Source of the DNA: Gammaproteobacteria bacterium
GTDB taxonomy: Bacteria; Pseudomonadota; Gammaproteobacteria; JBCCGL01
Direction: 5' to 3'
Assembly: GCA_965277715.1 (NCBI GenBank)
Contig: OZ255836.1
Span: 1,120,001-1,184,000 of the forward strand
DNA length: 64,000 nucleotides
A program made the position numbers and the translations under genes. This document shows, one piece after another, positions 61,760 to 64,000 of this stretch; within the stretch, counting starts at the first letter, position 1; every line of letters starts with the position of its first letter. The notes under the pieces are model-generated. The model worked only from the letters and a program-made list of their open reading frames with translations, was not told the origin of the DNA and made no database searches.

Positions 61760-62307
61760 GGTAGCGCAGCATGGATATGACTACGTTTATCGTCACGCAT
61801 GGAGCGCCCTGTCCAATCGAGGAGCTCCAAATAGTCGTCAAAGCGAAATAAGATCCCGCTTTGCGGTGCATTGGTTTCTGTACCCTCGAAGTGCAGCAGT
61901 GGTTTGATAGGTGTTTTAAATATGAATAGCTCGCCCGCTTTTTGCTGATCTTCAACCGCACGATTCGCGTTAAATTGGGGCGTGATGCGTTCACGGATAC
62001 TGGTGTATTCCGAGGTTTCGGGTGTTTCGGCGATATCCGCGCGTACTGGGTTAAGATCGACATAGGCCATGCAGGATAGTAGGGCTTCTTCGGTCTTTAA
62101 CGCCTGTGAGCAAAAGCGCGATTCCCAAAATCGCCCACGGCAACCGTCCTCTTGCGTTATCACCTCATCATCGCTTAGCGCATCAATCTGCTCAGGGCAG
62201 GCTTTCAGTACCAAATGGTAGTGATTACTCATCACTGCATAAGAGCAGATATCGATACCAAACAGAGAAGACAACAAGCGTATACGGTCTTCGACCCACT
62301 GGCGGCG

Positions 62308-63306
62308 TGATGTGGCTACACTAATTCGGACCCCTCACTTGAAGTAAACTGAGTTTACGCGAGGAACCGAAAATGAAAGAGAAGCAATCCTATACGGCTG
62401 ATTTTAGAGAGTCAGCGGTTAAATTAGTCCTGAAAAACGACCAGCCTATAGCCGCGACCGCACGCGAACTGGGAGTGAACGAGAATACTTTGCATACCTG
62501 GATCAGCAAGTATAGCCAACCGAAAGCGGATGGCAGTGGCCACAGCGATGAGCACTTATATGATGAACTCAAACGGCTGAAAAAAGAAAACGCGCGTTTG
62601 AAACCGGCGTTTAAAGCATTTGTTTGCCAATGAAGGGGTTCGTATCAGTCGCCGCCGAATAGGCCGTCTCATGGTACAAGCAGGGCTTTGTTGCCGTACC
62701 AAACGTAAGTTCAAAGTGACAACAGACTCCAAACACCATAACCCCATTGCGCCCAATCATCTGAATCGAGCCTTCACCATTGAACAACCTGACCGCTGTT
62801 ATGTTGGTGACATTACCTCCATCTGGACGCAACAGGACTGGCTTTACCTGGCCGTCGTGATTGACCTGTTCTCTCGTCAAATAGTGGGTTGGTCTATCCA
62901 ATCACACATGAGAACCAGTCTGGTGGATGACGCATTGCTGATGGCTATTTGGCGGCGTAAGCTCAAAGCTGGCCTGCTATGGCACACAGATCGTGGCTGC
63001 CAGTATGCCTCTAATCACCATCGCCGCTTACTAAAACAACACCATACTATTCAAAGTATGAGCCGCAAAGGCAATTGCTGGGATAACAGCGTGGCTGAAA
63101 GCTTTTTCCACACCTTGAAAACCGAATTAATTTACCTAAAAACCGGGTCAACCCGAGAGGAGGTCAGACAAGCTATTTTTGAATATATTGAAGTCTTTTA
63201 CAATCGCCAGCGATTACATTCCGCTAATGGCTATTTATCACCCGTGGATTATGAACTGTCTAAAAAGATCGCTTAAACATGTGTCCGATAATGTGTTGAC
63301 ACATCA
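62308..63306 (+). mobile_element. IS3-family element with an internal deletion and a 3-bp GCG target duplication
   Basis: IRs TGATGTGGCTACACTAATTCGGAC and GTCCGATAATGTGTTGACACATCA. GCG occurs at 62305-62307 and 63307-63309. The element is only 999 bp. Confidence 0.85.
62373..63276 (+). pseudogene. IS3-family transposase (OrfA and truncated OrfB)
   Basis: OrfA HTH, and OrfB motifs GDIT, HTDRG.QY and GNCWDNSVAESFF. The OrfA/B junction is missing. Confidence 0.8.
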
Positions 63307-63616
63307 GCGATGTGCGTAGCCCTTTTTCGTGTGGTCATCAACACCACACAAAAAAGCACGGCGTACACAGCGTGCGGTGATGTGGTAGTAGGGTGTGTCT
63401 TCGAACGAGATGAGTGCTTGTCCAGGGCGAGTTATGGGGAAATTCCTTTAATATTAAAGAGGTAACACCCGAATACAAAAAGGCAAAAAAAGAGAACGCT
63501 AACAAGTCAAGCAAGAAGGATGCGCCAGAGCGCACCTCTTCTTGAGGCATTAAGAAAAACTAAAAGAACACCCCCTTTTTTCAAAATATACCCAACTGAC
63601 GAGCGATGGCGGTTAC

Positions 63617-63981
63617 TAACCAATAGCAGTCACTTCAGCGATAGGAATACGCGCCATTGCATAAAACCACAACATCACCGCAGCACCGTGGGTAAGCCCT
63701 CTAATCACATAGTGCTTAAAATTTCCTTTGTCAGGCGCCCGAAAATCCGGGTTCAACACAAGGCGGATTGCCAATGGTAATATCAGCAAGGTACCGAATG
63801 CATAGCGGATAAAAGCGGCCTCCACGGCGGGAAGATCAGAACCAAGATGCCTGACAACACCTGTGACAGCAACAAATAACACACCTGTCAATAACATCCA
63901 GGCGATACCGGCCAGTGTTCTATCTATGCCCGGTTTGGGTTGTGTATCAGGTAACTCGATGGGTAGTCTCGACAAAAGCAT
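63617..63981 (-). pseudogene. 5' fragment of the DMT transporter (right copy of the island-flanking repeat)
   Basis: Identical first 121 aa to the 30481-31407 gene, then a stop. Confidence 0.9.
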
Positions 63982-64000
63982 TGAATAAACGGAGAAATAT

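Larger units (their letters stand above)
61654..63435 (-). pseudogene. RAYT-like / Y1 HUH transposase split by an IS3 insertion
   Basis: The N-terminal part 63310-63435 (DTPYYHITARCVRRAFLCG...YAH) joins in frame across the IS to RRQWVEDR...YAVMSNHYHLVL...GRFWESRF...YVDLNPVRA. The start reads ATA, and there is an apparent internal deletion. Confidence 0.8.
31427..63616. mobile_element. ~32 kb defence/genomic island
   Basis: Flanked by the long direct repeat and contains only defence, regulatory and IS genes. The left boundary is approximate. Confidence 0.75.

Overview
This is a bacterial chromosome segment. Its housekeeping genes (ubiG, hfq-hflX, dacB) look gammaproteobacterial, and it has three zones. 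(1) 1-5.2 kb is AT-rich accessory DNA: an ISL3 end, then a ~2.5 kb cassette bounded by a perfect 16-bp direct repeat (GCACGTTTTTTCTACG). The cassette holds a 58-aa H-NS-N-terminal-like gene, a formyltransferase, a polysaccharide deacetylase and a DUF6641-like pseudogene, and is followed by IS3/IS4/IS5 debris. (2) 5.2-31.4 kb is core metabolism: HAD dehalogenase, thioesterase, enoyl-CoA hydratase, acyl-CoA ligase, mtaD-ubiG-mupP, dacB, a stand-alone fusA paralogue, hflX, hfq, and a complete propionyl-CoA/methylmalonyl-CoA cluster (prpE, scpA, pccB, pccA, meaB, mce) behind a 30-bp LiuR-like palindrome. (3) ~31.4-63.6 kb is a ~32 kb defence island flanked by a >=384-bp direct repeat of the 5' part of a DMT transporter gene. 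It carries type I Wadjet (jetABCD) with a fifth nuclease-like gene, a divergent WYL regulator, a PLD-like/SNF2 helicase + DUF4391 + type III Mod/Res module (Res broken by one amber codon), Mrr, a ~1,920-aa Avs-like STAND NTPase, nested IS66/IS3, and an ABC-ATPase + DUF4276 pair between duplicated ends of a RAYT-like HUH transposase that is itself split by an IS3. No rRNA, tRNA or CRISPR array was seen. Family names come from motif recognition and memory, not from database searches.
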